Part shown: piece by piece, positions 52,081 to 64,000 of the stretch | How the letters are laid out: each line of letters opens with the position of its first letter | How positions within the stretch are numbered: the stretch's first letter is position 1 | Assembly (NCBI GenBank): GCA_964188305.1 | Contig: OZ076886.1 | DNA: 64,000 bases | Origin: Podarcis bocagei | Taxonomy: Eukaryota | Strand: one strand, 5' to 3' | Translations under genes and position numbers: made by a program | Notes under the pieces: generated by a model | Databases searched by the model: none | What the model was told of the DNA's origin: nothing | The model's input: only the letters and a program-made list of their open reading frames with translations

Positions 52081-54343
52081 AATATCCCCCCTTTTTTGTG
52101 CTGGCTCTGTACTCCGATCTGTTGGTATTGTTATTTCCCTCCCCCCCCCCGCTCCTTCTGTATATCCGATTCATTCATAACTGAAAATCAGTAAAACTCA
52201 AATTAAAGCAAAGGTACAGGTAAAGGTACCGCTGACCATTAGGTTCAGAGAGAACGCCACTACACTTTCTGGAGCCGGCTCACTGATAAGGCAGGCTGAA
52301 GTAGCTGCCGCCAATGTAAAAAAACCCCTCCCAACTGGTGGGGGCAGGGGGCAGCACTTAAAGAACATAAAACATCGTAATTATGTGTGACACAACATCA
52401 CACACAAAAAAACTCTTGTGTTCATTTGTACTGCATATACAACATACCAATCTGTTACTTTTAATTCATTTTAATGTGGCACAGTACTGTACAATAATAT
52501 GCCGCGCATAGTGTTATGGGTGGGGGACTGAGCTGGATGATCTCTTTGGGTGCCTTTCAATTTGGGGGTTCTGTTAGCGTTAAACAGGTTGGACAAGTTT
52601 CTCTTGGCAGGTGTTATTTGTTACAGAAACTGAAGACGGGTTGCTCCTAATTACTCTATCAGTGGCCAGCAAAGATTTCAATGATCTGCCTCACCCCTGC
52701 CGCACGTGTGTGTGTAAGTAATAGACCTGGAAAACTGAGTGGATGCAGTGAATTTTGGGTGCCTACACTCGACCTGCATATTTTCAAATAAACACCAATA
52801 TTACAAAAGACCAGTAAGCCTCCTTTGACCTTATTCCAAAGGAAATAAAATCTAGGTGCTAAACCCATGAAACTCCTCGCCACTTGGGGAATTGTGGTAA
52901 ACAATATTATAATTCCATAATAAATTAGCGCAAGCTGGATTTAGTTTGTTTTTAATGCCAGGATTCAGCCCTAGAGTATGTTAGTTTTAAATAAATTAAA
53001 AGCACCTCTGAGAACAGATCATCTTTACCTTACCATTGAAAATCTGAGCTGATGGAAGTGAATTTCCATGTAAACTTCAGCACCTGTACCTGCAGTGTTT
53101 TTGCTTCAGTCTGCTCCAGTCCAGTGCTCTTCATCCCACAGCCAAAACATCTGAGCCTGCCGGTTTTTAGTGCGAGCAAACACTATTCTTATAAAACTGC
53201 AAGCTTCAGAATCTCATTGCATCATCCTTGGAACAGCAGAGAGTCTGCTGTTTTCAGAAAGACTTGTGGGAGTTAATCCTGCCCAAAACATAGCTCTTCA
53301 GGAGGCTGGTTTCTTTCTAGTGTCACAGGGCAGGAAGAGTTTTGCTTAACACCCTATAGCAGGCCAATTTGCATGGGCATGTCGATGTAATGCTACCCAA
53401 CTATTCACTGGGTCGGATACGTGGGAAGGAATGTCTCAGAGGCACGTTCTGCAGGAAGCATTCTTATATTTGGATATTTTACTTCTGTGCACTTGACTGG
53501 GGATTCTGGGACATGTTCTGGTGTTTGCAGTCTAAGTCTGGTGAACTTAGCTGTCAACTCATGAGAGTGAACCCTAGAACACTCCCAATGCACCAACTGG
53601 TTCTGCGTTTTGGAAGAGAAGCTTGAACCTGGTGAACAAGCTCTCTTTTCAAGTTGCCCACCATGTTACTGAGCTTCTAATTAAGCAACTTCTGTTAGGC
53701 TTCTGCTCAAGTCCAGAGTTCCTAGGAATGCAGCTTGAAAGCTCAATTCCGTATTTTAAGAATCGGTCTCTGTGCGTTACTCAAGAAAACAACTGTAAAC
53801 AGTTCTCATGCTTTTATGGGCGGAGAGGCGAAATCAGTATTTATATTATTGTTGGGTCATTTTTTGTTAGCCTCAAAGAAGAAGCGAGTTTTGTTTTGTT
53901 TTAATTAAATATTAGCCAATGTGTTTGTCTGTAACCAGAAAAGGGTGAATGTAAACAGTGCAGACTTTGAAATCAAGCCATAATAATATTTTTCCAGACA
54001 CAAACTTTTACTGTTTATTAATGGCCGTTGAGACAGAATCTGGCATGAGTTATTTAGGTTGTGACTCTCACATGGTTCCTTCTCACACTGCCAGAATTGG
54101 GGATTTGGTTTGTTGTTCTGTGCAGGAATTTCCTTAGTTATTTTTCCTTTCCCCCATCAGAGGTTCTCAAGCTACTGTTAACAAATTCTTCCTCCAGGGT
54201 AATGAATATTTGACTTGTTTTAATATATACATATGCTCCAGGATTATTCTTAAGAAAAGTGATTTACTACATTGTAGTCTATTAATTTATCAAAAAAACA
54301 AAACAAAAACCCAATTCCTGTGCCTTTAATAGCAGCTTAAAAC

Positions 54344-54500
54344 CATAAGAACCACCCAGCTGGAGCAGACCAGTCCAGCAGTCTCTTCCCACAGTGGCCA
54401 GCCTATGGGATGCCCACAAGGTGGGCATGAACACAACAGTCTACTTGTTCTCCCCAGCACACAGCCACTGCTATTGGAAGTAAGGTACATTCTTCATAGT
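54344..54500 (-). mobile_element. CR1 3'UTR fragment
   Basis: cataagaac...gtccagca...cacagtggcca...gcccacaag. Confidence 0.6.
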
Positions 54501-54859
54501 GGCTGTTATGAGTTTGGGGTGGAAGAGCAGGCTGTAGGCGAGATCCTTCTAACCCCTGGATTAGAAGCCAGGCTACCTTCTTGTAGAGACAGCCTAGGAG
54601 ATTGACCATTAAGGGAAACAAAGGAAAGGGGCTCTGTGAGAGATGGCAAATGGATGGGGCCCCTTCCATTTTTTGGCATAAAAATACATGGCATTTTGGT
54701 TTTCTTTATTCAGGTCAGGGGTTTATAGTTCTTTGTCTGCCCTGATTAAATTATTTCTGGGCCATATGTAGCATATTTAAAAGATCAGCTTGTAAATGGA
54801 GCGAGAGATTTTAAAAGAGAAGACAACTCTATAGATAGCATTTTAACATAGCGTTAACA

Positions 54860-54862
<3 letters not shown>

Positions 54863-54891
<29 letters not shown>
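54863..54891. repeat. (TG)n microsatellite
   Basis: Seen directly. Confidence 0.95.
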
Positions 54892-54893
<2 letters not shown>

Positions 54894-55541
54894 GTGTACG
54901 GAAAGTAGTTTACCATTCATCACTATCGTAAATATCCTTCCCCTGATTCTAAAGAAAAACATTTTGATTTAAATTTAATATGTTGCAATAAAACCTTTCC
55001 CGGCTTCCTCAAGAGTGCAGAGCGTTTTATGAAAATAAACCCATATTAAGCAACTCTTCTTTGCTTGCAACACAAAATTAGCAACACAGATTCTCATTAT
55101 GTAGTCATTTCCTGAAAGTAGGACACAAGCTTCTGAAAATGGGCACCTTTCCAAATCAGCAATTTCTGGACTGGCATCTGATAACCTCAGCACATTACAT
55201 CATCTTGCTGTTGCGTATAAACCTATCCAGCCAACACAAGGTACCTGTGGCTTCTCATTGGATGGTTGCTTGGACAGATTCCCTCCCTCCCTCCTTCCAG
55301 TTAAAAATTGGCTTTAGCTTTCTCTTTGCTGCAAATACCTGGAAGTGAGAGGAGAAACAGTTTGCCTTAGGGTAGGGATGGGGAATGTCAGTCCAAGGGG
55401 CCAAATGCAGCCCTTTAGGCTGGTCAAGTTTTGGTTGGAACTTTCACCAGGTGCTCCACTGCCACTGCTCAAATCCTCATGTGTTTTTGCTTGGCTGGAT
55501 ATGTCCCTGTAGTCTGATATTGATTCTTTCCTGCACAGATA

Positions 55542-55548
55542 TGTGTGT

Positions 55549-55589
<41 letters not shown>
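55542..55589. repeat. (TG)n microsatellite
   Basis: Seen directly. Confidence 0.95.
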
Positions 55590-55590
<1 letters not shown>

Positions 55591-56429
55591 AAGCTAACCT
55601 ACAGCTCAAAAGTAAAAATGACATTTGTTGCTCCTCACACTTGTCTCTTGAGACAAAGTCCACTGACATATCACCCTCAGATGGTGGTCCAGAAAGCAAT
55701 ATGGACTTCTCAGGCTAAAAACGGTTCTGGGGCAGGCGGGGGCTTCATCTGCGCCAGATTTGATTCACTTATTGTCTCCCTCCCCTCACTAGCCTCTTTA
55801 GACCTTTCAGTAGGAAAGGTGCTCTAACCTTTGAAATTCTCTTTTTCTATTCATTCAGTGCTGTTATATCTTTCTTTCTTTTACATGTGGCAACCAGAAC
55901 TGTGCACAGGATTCCATGTGTGGTTATGCTATGGATAAAATGGTGCTACGATAACTGCTGTTTATGTTTTCAGTCTGTTTATAAAAGTTAACTTGCATTT
56001 TCTTTCCCCTCAGCTTCTTGTACTATTTCTGCTTGGTCTTCATTCATCCGTTCCCATTAAAATTATCATGGACAGATCAAATAAGTTCAGGTGCCAGCAT
56101 TCTGCCTTCCCGTCTTCCAAAGTCAATGTACTATTGCCCGAAGTTTATGCAAAACCAGAAGTGGCATGCATCTAAGCCCCAAGCCTGACTCATGGAGATT
56201 ATGAAACAGGGTGAGCATGTGGCCACAACAGCCTTGGCAAGCCAAACTCCTATTTCCATTCTGCAAAGCTAACAAGCAATTATTGCCACGGTTTCCAAAC
56301 AGATGCAGAATTAAGTGCCATCATTCACCAGGATTAATGAAGCCGCAAAGCATCTTGCTGACATCAAAGGAAATGGCACATACACACAAATGGAGGAAGT
56401 TTTGATATAATTTAAATGAAATGTCAGTT

Positions 56430-56935
56430 CTATAAATGTAAGCCAAATTGAAATTTTGCCCAAATTTGATTTGAGATTTGGTTAAAATAACAACTATACA
56501 TGATGAATAACAGCAACAAACAGGGGAAAGAAAGACATAACATATTACAAGGACAGGAATAAACACCATGGACAGAATAATTGCCACACCCAGGAAGAAC
56601 AAGGATATAGTCTGAGTTCCTCACTTGTAATTTTATAAATCATTTAATGTGTCAACACGAATAGAAGTTATTAATATCGCAATTGTTGTATAAGTGATTA
56701 TTATTATGACCAGAATGTAATTGAAATTAGTAAGTTTTTGCAACACAGAAATAAAGAAAATAATCAAATCATCAAATCTAGCACGCTAGGGCCCACTTTA
56801 TCTAAATTATATAATTTGGTATTTGAACGATTGGCATTAATAACTGTATTATAAATTGGTATTGTTATAATGAGACTATTATTGGACTGTAATTGAAAAC
56901 TAACAAAAATATTATTAAAAAATAATAACTATAAA
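56430..56935 (+). mobile_element. Possible highly degraded non-LTR retrotransposon 3' end (RTE-X-like)
   Basis: A-rich stretch with traces of LRFG and a C-terminal zinc-knuckle-like motif across frameshifts, AT-rich tail; weak. Confidence 0.3.
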
Positions 56936-57456
56936 AAACACTCCCCTCAATGTTACATTCAGTGTTGTTGTTTTTTACAATGGAACTTTTGGAATCAAAG
57001 TTTGAGAGATATTAATTATTACTAATTTTAAGTGTTATATTTCAAGTTGCAGAAGCTTTACCACCCCCAAAAAATCACCTGGGTGGAATAGGAAGACTGT
57101 GGTGCGTAGCAGAATGAATGGTTTGAAATAACATTGCTGCATAAAAATGAATGAATTTAGAATGACAGCTCCAGACAAAACAGCTTGCATGGAAGCATCC
57201 ACCATTTGGTTCTTTCATCACCAACAGCAAACATCTCTCTAATTGTCATATGTTGGCAGATGACAAGAGCTAGGAGAACAAAGATGGGGGACACAGAATA
57301 AGATCAAGATTTCAACATTTCTCTGAAGTTATATACAGGAGGGGGGTCCTTTCCTGTCTTGAATTCTTTCAGGGATTAACAATACAAACATTCCACGTTT
57401 CTTTACTCGGTTCAGTGGTCTGGGTTCAGTAAGTTTCTATGAAATGCACAATAGAG

Positions 57457-57483
57457 CTCTCTCTCTCTCTCCCTCCCCCCCCC

Positions 57484-57517
<34 letters not shown>
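57457..57517. repeat. (CT)n-C run-(CT)n-(CA)n compound repeat
   Basis: Seen directly. Confidence 0.9.
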
Positions 57518-59446
57518 CCCTTTTACCAGTTTATAATGAAAACTTATGGGATATAAAGAAATGTGTTCTGCAAACTGCAGTTGGAGGAGCCTTCTGAGAA
57601 GAGACAGAAGCTGAGTGAATTATCGGAAGGATGTGAGACCCTGTGCCACTCCCTAACAAAAATTTGACTGAATACTTGCAACTGTGGATGAGGCCCAGTA
57701 GTGTGTACCCAGAAGGTACATCAACATCACTTAGCTTAAAGTAAATCATCAGAGGCTGTAGGAAAATACCTGACTTTTTTGTGAGTCACCTTTTGTGGTT
57801 GTTCCAGTGGAATACAATGATCTTGTGAGCAACTCACGCAAGGTTTTCCTAGCCTCAGGCTTCTCAGAAACTGGGAGAGGAAGTCCGGGGTGGGAAGCCC
57901 CTCCACTTCATGTGTGACCAAAAGAGAGAAAGAACCACCTGAACTAAACCCTAACTCATTGAGTCTGAAGCAGAACGGGATATGGTCGGGGGAGCCGTAA
58001 AATTTCCACTTAAAAACTTCCTGCCCAACTCCTTCTAATAAACCATTAGCAGCTCAGCCATAAAAAGAGGAAAGAGTCACACAGAGAAAAGCTGAAGGAT
58101 ATCACATTTATAAATTATGTACATGAAACAAATGTGCATGTTATGCTCATTTTTGCATTGTTTAGTTTGCATCTTTTAATTGTGGGGAGAACAAAGGCAC
58201 TTCACCCGAGCGCTGGAAAGCATACTTCCCCAAGCACAGCAGACCACATACTGACTTTTGAAAGCTCCTCAGGAATGCCTCACACTTCTCATACTATGAT
58301 GACTGAGAAAAAGACAGCTGAGATGGTCAAGAAACTATTGATATCACACCCAATACCACAATCTATAGGTTGTCTGTGCTTCTGTGGAATACATATCTAT
58401 TACTGTACATTTCTAGCAGGCTCAAAGCAAAAGCAGCCATCAGGGTGGGCGGAAGGATGTTAAAGCTTTTGTGTTTCTTTTTAAACAAAATCTTTGCCTT
58501 CCAGTATGTTCATTATCTTTGTATCCAGCTTTCCGAGGGCAGGCAAATTCAAGGTGGCTTACAAGAAGCATGTTCACCAGTATAATTTGCTGCTCCTGAG
58601 ACTTCTTTTGTTAATGGAAAGGTGGCTGCTGTATATTTTGCTCCTTACCTCAGTCCTGAAGATTTCTCTGGTTTACAAGTCCAGATGGAAAGTTACCAGC
58701 TAAAAGCAACATACACATTAGTGGCTTAAAACACCATGAGGTAATTTCCCCTCTGTTGCATTTCAAGGGATATTTCTACCTTGCTGTCCAGACCAGAGAG
58801 GGGGTGGGGATGTCTTTACCTGATGCACATTACCCAATTTGTTTCTCTGCACACTCAGACACCCAAACTCCAACAAAGCTGTCATCTGCGCATACAGCAA
58901 AGGATATATGGAATGTACACACCTCAGCTCAGTGGCAGCTGACTTTTTCAAATCAGATGGAGACTGCTTTAAGAGGAAACACATCAAATGGGTAATTCTC
59001 AAGAAACTATAGGATACAAATGGATTGTGGCTAATGTCATGTATACTCAGCTTCAAACACAAGCGGTGAGAAGGCGAAGAAGCCGGAGTAAGTGGTAATG
59101 TGGATGCAGCCACAGATGCAAAAACATCACTGGTGTCAAAAGTGCAGTTGCTGGAAGTTCAGAGATGCTTGGTAAGAAAAAAGAAAATTAAGAATGATTG
59201 TTTCCTGGAAAGAATGCATGATGGAGAAATATGGTAGATAATTGCAACTACTATGCACATGCAGACCTGAGTTCTAAAATTAGAATTTCCAATTCATGAA
59301 AGAGATCCTAGAATCACCGAAGGTGATCTTAGCACAAATATTAACTCAGGATGCTGCAACTGGAGAGCAATATCAAACAACGAAGGAATACAGAGAGTAG
59401 AACCTCATCAAGCACAACCCTGAATACAAAATAAGAGAATATTGTA

Positions 59447-59672
59447 CAGTGGTACCTCAGGTTAAGTACTTAATTCGTTCCGGAGGTCCGTACTTAACCT
59501 GAAACTGTTCTTAACCTGAAGCACCACTTTAGCTAATGGGGCCTCCAGCTGCTGCCGCGCCACCGGAGCACGATTTCGGTTCTCATTCTGAAGCAAAGTT
59601 CTTAACCTGAAGCACTATTTCTGGGTTAGTGGAGTCTGTAACCTGAAGCGTATGTAACCTGAGGTACCACTG
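59447..59672 (+). mobile_element. Tc1/mariner-superfamily MITE, same family
   Basis: TIR cagtggtacctcaggtta / taacctgaggtaccactg, TA TSD. Confidence 0.9.
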
Positions 59673-60803
59673 TACACTAAATAGCTCAGTGCAACATGAA
59701 TAATGTGAGCTTAAAGAATATACATATTCAGAATATGCAGTCTCAGATAAATCTTGAAGAGGTATAAACAATTTTACACATCACTAATCAATGTCACCAG
59801 GTTCAAGGGTTCAATGCAGTGCATTGATTCTCTGTGTTAAATCTTGTAGTTGAGAAACTGTGTATGAGGAGGACTCTGACAACCAGAGAGCAAATGGAAA
59901 TGTTAGGAATTATTGGGAAGTAGCCAATGCCCTTGAATCAGGTCTCGCCTGTTGCTGTTTTATCTCCAGGGGTACATTCCAGTTATGCCACATGTTCCTA
60001 TTGCAGAGCCTAGCTGAGTAAGAAGTGGAAAGTGTTTGCCATAGATGGCAATGACTAGGGCCAGTGCTTATTACACGAAGCAAAGCAGCTTTACTCCCGT
60101 GTACAGTACTCAGGGTAAGGGGCCTGTATGGTGCTTCTGCATTTAGTCTTTATTTTGAATTGGTTAGCAACATTTGCTCATTTTAAAAAATGCATTGGGG
60201 TGCAGGGAGGAGGAGAGGAATGACGCTGGAAGAAGCTTTGCTAACTTCACACTTTTTAAATTTTGCTGACAATGGCACTCTTTGAAGCAGCAAATGGCCT
60301 TGGTCAGATTTTTGGCAAGCAAACAAATCCACTTTCTAACGAAATCTACAGCAAGTGGAATTTAGGTCACTGCACAGCTGTGTTCAGTTTATCCCAGCAG
60401 CTCTTTAAATATTTAAGAAATGGCCGTCCAATTATGTCACTGTTAAAACAAAAACATTTTTTTAAAAAACAGGCAGTGCGCTCATTCAAATATTTCCAGG
60501 ACTAGCGTTTCCCCTTTCATCTACAATTCTATGGTTCTCTGTTTTCTAACGTTGGGATACAAAAAATAATTCCTGGTTTCTCATCATAGTACCTTGTTAT
60601 GTCAACCTGGCTGTGACAGTAAACGAGAGATGTCACGTCCAAAGGATTCCACCACCACCTCTTGTGTTGTCTGTTTTAAACATAAAGTTGCTTTGCCAAG
60701 TTATTCAGATGAGTTTACAACATTAAGAGTAAAATAATAAAAGCAACAGAACTAGCTTCCATATTTCTTAGGCAAGGCTGTGGTACCCACAACAGATCAG
60801 AAA

Positions 60804-60923
60804 CAGGGGCATAGCCAGGTTTTATGTTAAGGGGGGCAGAACCTCAGTCAGTTAAGTATTTTTATTGATTTTTATTGATTTAGGGGGGCAGCTGTCTTCC
60901 CCCTCCCCTTGGCTACACCCATG
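60804..60923. mobile_element. Short hAT MITE
   Basis: TIR caggggcatagcca / tggctacacccatg; exact 8-bp TSD atcagaaa. Confidence 0.85.
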
Positions 60924-61269
60924 ATCAGAAACTTCTTGGAGGAACTATATTAACAGGCTAAAGTTGCATTTAGACCAGCTGATCTATTTCCAGGGCAAGG
61001 AGAGGCAAAGTTTTTCCTTTATCACTTCTTGACTTAAGACTTTTGTTTGTGCTGTTTTTGTGCTTCACACACTACTGGCAGGAGCCTGGAGCCAGGGTGG
61101 GACTCTATCCCATGCATCACAATGGGCTAATTTATTTGAGCACATACAAAACAGAGCATTGCTCTGTTTTTAAAGAACACGGGAAGGCAAGATTGCATGT
61201 TTAGACATATTCTTCAGTGTTAAGGTGATTGGTGCATTGTTACCACTGCAGTTTGGAACATCAGGAGCG

Positions 61270-61770
61270 CAGAAATCTGCCTTACTAAGTCACGCTATCA
61301 GTCCACCTAAATAGTATGGTCTATGACAGGGGTGCAGCACTTCAAGTCCTGGGGCAGAATGTGGCCTTCCAAGCCTATCTTTCTCCTCCCCGTGCAATAT
61401 TGCTGACCAGCCAGTGCTATGCCTTCCTTTTACTGCTTCTGCCTGGCTGGAAGATGATACTGAAGTATGATAGTGCCCATTGCTTGCCTATATGTAGAGG
61501 TTAATGTGTAGAAACCTGTGACTTTTGCATGGGCTGAAATGTAGCCTACTGTACAAATGAGTCACATCTGTTGCTCCACCCACTTTTGCCTCTGGCCCCG
61601 CCCACCAATGGCATAAATCGCCAGAAGGTTGTCTACCTGGCAATGTTTTCCCACCCTTGGTTTACAATGACTAGGGTTTCAGGCATTGCCAGTCCTAGTG
61701 GAGATGGTAGGGAATGAACCTGGGACCTTCTGCATGCAGAGCAGATGCCATACCACCACTGAGCTGCAGG
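61270..61770 (-). mobile_element. tRNA-derived SINE split by a hAT-like insertion (about 61327-61660)
   Basis: Head gcagctcagtgg...gcatgcagaaggtcccaggttca on the minus strand; 3' part resumes near 61325. Confidence 0.55.
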
Positions 61771-61904
61771 AGGGATGAGCAAATTTGAGGGTCCCCCTCC
61801 CCATTTATTGTTTTTCCAGTCTTAAATCCAGTTCTTCACATTTCCAGATCAGTTTGCAATTTTTAGGAAATAAAGTCCCTATGAAAATCCACCAACACTT
61901 TAGA

Positions 61905-62016
61905 AAAACTGTCTGCGGACAAATGCCGTCTCCCTCAGCCTATAAAGCGAGATGAGTGGTGCAACCCCAGAGTCATCTGCGGTTGGACTTAACCGTCAGG
62001 GGTCCTTTACCTTTAA
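61905..62016 (+). mobile_element. 5'-truncated Sauria-type SINE
   Basis: aaagcgagatgag...caaccccagagtc...ggggtcctttaccttta 3' end. Confidence 0.8.
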
Positions 62017-62085
62017 CTTTTTTTTTTAGCTCCCTCCTATGCAAAAACTCCTATGTGAGTTTGCACAAGTAAGCTAGATGATAAC

Positions 62086-62212
62086 CAGTGCTGTTTTTCT
62101 AGAAAAAGAGGTGCCCTCACCATGAACGCCTCTATTGTTCTGTTATAACAGTAATGGCACCACTTGAGTGGTGCTGGAACTGAGTTCCTGCTAAAAACAA
62201 GCAAAAGCCCTG
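62086..62212. mobile_element. Short hAT-like MITE
   Basis: cagtgct...agccctg termini; TSD atgataac / acgataac. Confidence 0.7.
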
Positions 62213-62709
62213 ACGATAACTATATGGGAACCTAAGTGCCATGATGCCCCTGCACTCAAGAAAAATTCTCTCTCTTAATATCTATAAAGTGTACCTGACT
62301 GTGAGACTTGGGATCATTCCTGAACACTCCCAAAACAACATGCTGACCTTCTTGGCAGTTTGTAGAAAGGACAAACCACTGCTCTTGCTAAACATAGAGT
62401 GCACTGAAGCACCTGACGTCAGGCAATTAACTACAAGATGGTTTATGGATGAAAAGTCTCCTGGGGGACCACTAAATCCAAAACAGTCAGCAAACCCTGG
62501 AATTAAAAGCCTTGTGTGTTTACCAAGTGGAAAAGGACCAAGAATTGATCTCAGAGGAAATTCTTAAGTGTTCCTGCAGTTTCCCCGACTTCAAGCTGCA
62601 GAGTTGTTCGGTTTCTGTTTATTTTTTGGTGTTTTGCTGTTGTTGCTCACTAGGGAATGATTTGGAAGGTGTATAAATAGAGGTAAATAAAAGTAGGCAT
62701 GGTGTGGAG

Positions 62710-63100
62710 AACGTGGATACAGCAGCACTAGAACACATGGACGTTCAGTGAAGCTGAATGCTGGAAGGTCAAGGGTGGGAAAAAGTACTTCTGAGCACAG
62801 CACACACTTAAAACTGTGGGATTCATTTCCACAAGCTGTAGTGATGGCCACCAACCTGGATGGCTTTAAAAAGAGTTTTTGGCAAATTCCTGGAGGATAA
62901 GGCTATCAAAGGCTACCAGTTATGATGGCTATGTTGCTCCTTCACTGCTGGAGGCAGTAGGCCTCTGAATAACAGTGACTGGGACTCACAAGAGCTCTTG
63001 TGCTCTCTTGAGAGTTTCCCATGAGCATCCGGTTGGCCACTGTGAGAAATGGATGCTGGACTAAATGGGCTACTGCCCTGACCCAGCAGGCTTCTTCATA
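62710..63100 (+). mobile_element. Older CR1 LINE 3' end with 3'UTR
   Basis: Degenerate KLW.S.PQ.VVMATNLDGFK coding followed by ggttggccactgtgagaa...gatgctggact. Confidence 0.8.
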
Positions 63101-63376
63101 CATGCTTGAGGAAGAGAGGAGTTTGCAAGCTGCTGAAGAGTAACACTCAGTGGTTAAGGTTGTCCCTGCTAAACAAGTGAATGGTGACAGCAGTATCCGC
63201 CTTTGCTCCCCTTGTGCTCTTCCTCTGGGTGGCTACATGGATTGGGACTCAAAAGGAAAAGGCACGCTTTATCGTGATTGGGTAACAGAACTGGGAGCAA
63301 GAGGAGAATTTTCAGCTGAAACAACATGAGGGGGAAAGGGTTAAGCGCAGCCCTTATGTGCCAGGCTGCACACTTT

Positions 63377-63640
63377 AGGGATGGGCAACTTTTTCCAGCC
63401 GGGGGGCAACCTCTTAGTGGCTGTATGCTAGTGATGGGCAGGGTGAGCTGTAAAATTCAGGCATGGCAACAGATTTATTTCTGCCAACCATGTTAATATA
63501 CAGCTGAAATACAATAATCTCCAAGTGATTCCACAACAGTGCAAGGTGAGGGAAAGTGTCATGTGGGGAAAGTCCTGAGGGCCGCACTGAGAGGACTGGA
63601 GGTCACATTTGGCCTCCAGGCCTGTGGCTTCCCATCGCCA
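63377..63640. mobile_element. Old hAT-like element
   Basis: tagggatgggcaac start, ggccgca...tttggcctcc subterminal motifs, ttcccatc end. Confidence 0.45.
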
Positions 63641-64000
63641 TTCCATGTTGTGAGATAAGGGCTTAGGAAAAAGAGACACACTAAACCAAATTTCAGCTCT
63701 GCCCTCACACTACATTCCAACATGGTTAACTGAAGTGCAATGGCTCTTCTAACCCAATCCTAGATATGTTTGTTTAGTCTACTTAATTTTAAGTGAACTT
63801 ATTTCAGGTAAGCGTGGTTACAGCCCACAATGCTAGAAGCAAAGTGCAAGTAGAAGGAGGAACCACTAGCGAGAGGTTGTTGTTGTGTTTTTAAAAACGG
63901 AAAATAATTAGTGTGTTCCTCAAACAGAATGGACATTTCCTCTTTGACGTTCAGTCGACACATGGCATGACTCCAAGCAGATAAGATCATTCCTCTAGAG

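Noticed and set aside
50570-52194. Long overlapping ORFs of 100-224 aa on both strands
   Set aside because: They arise from GC-rich, stop-poor promoter DNA and the (ATT)n repeat (poly-N, poly-I, poly-Y); no recognisable domain.
59000-59445. Possible ancient L1 ORF1 remnant
   Set aside because: Only faint motif traces across stops and frameshifts; cannot be supported without an HMM search.
60035-60053. Palindrome TTGCCATAGATGGCAA as a CTCF or RFX site
   Set aside because: 5' half does not fit the CTCF core and the spacing is wrong for an X-box.
52200-64000. SCARNA16/SNHG20, upstream of SEC14L1 in human
   Set aside because: No sequence I could match by eye; it may lie beyond the window. An Infernal/Rfam search would settle it.

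Overview
Vertebrate genomic DNA, most likely a squamate and probably a lacertid lizard, judged from young Sauria-type SINEs and other squamate-type repeats. The window holds one complete protein-coding gene on the minus strand, SEC14L1 (PRELI/MSF1, CRAL-TRIO and GOLD domains). It has 15 coding exons from ATG 48017 to TAG 19910, all GT-AG and phase-consistent, summing to 2145 nt (714 aa plus stop). A CpG-island promoter and a non-coding first exon lie at about 51.0-52.1 kb, and the likely poly(A) signal is at 17638-17643. The stop codon overlaps a splice donor that can join a distal exon to give an alternative C-terminus, ...SRWRFC. The remaining sequence is intergenic or intronic with SINEs, CR1 and L2 fragments, hAT and Tc1/mariner MITEs, microsatellites, a strong CTCF motif and several candidate enhancers. 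The most unusual structure is a pair of hAT MITEs at 10569-11165 whose target-site duplications and arm variants are reciprocally swapped around a 324-bp cargo. ORF-track entries outside SEC14L1 exons and LINE fragments look spurious.
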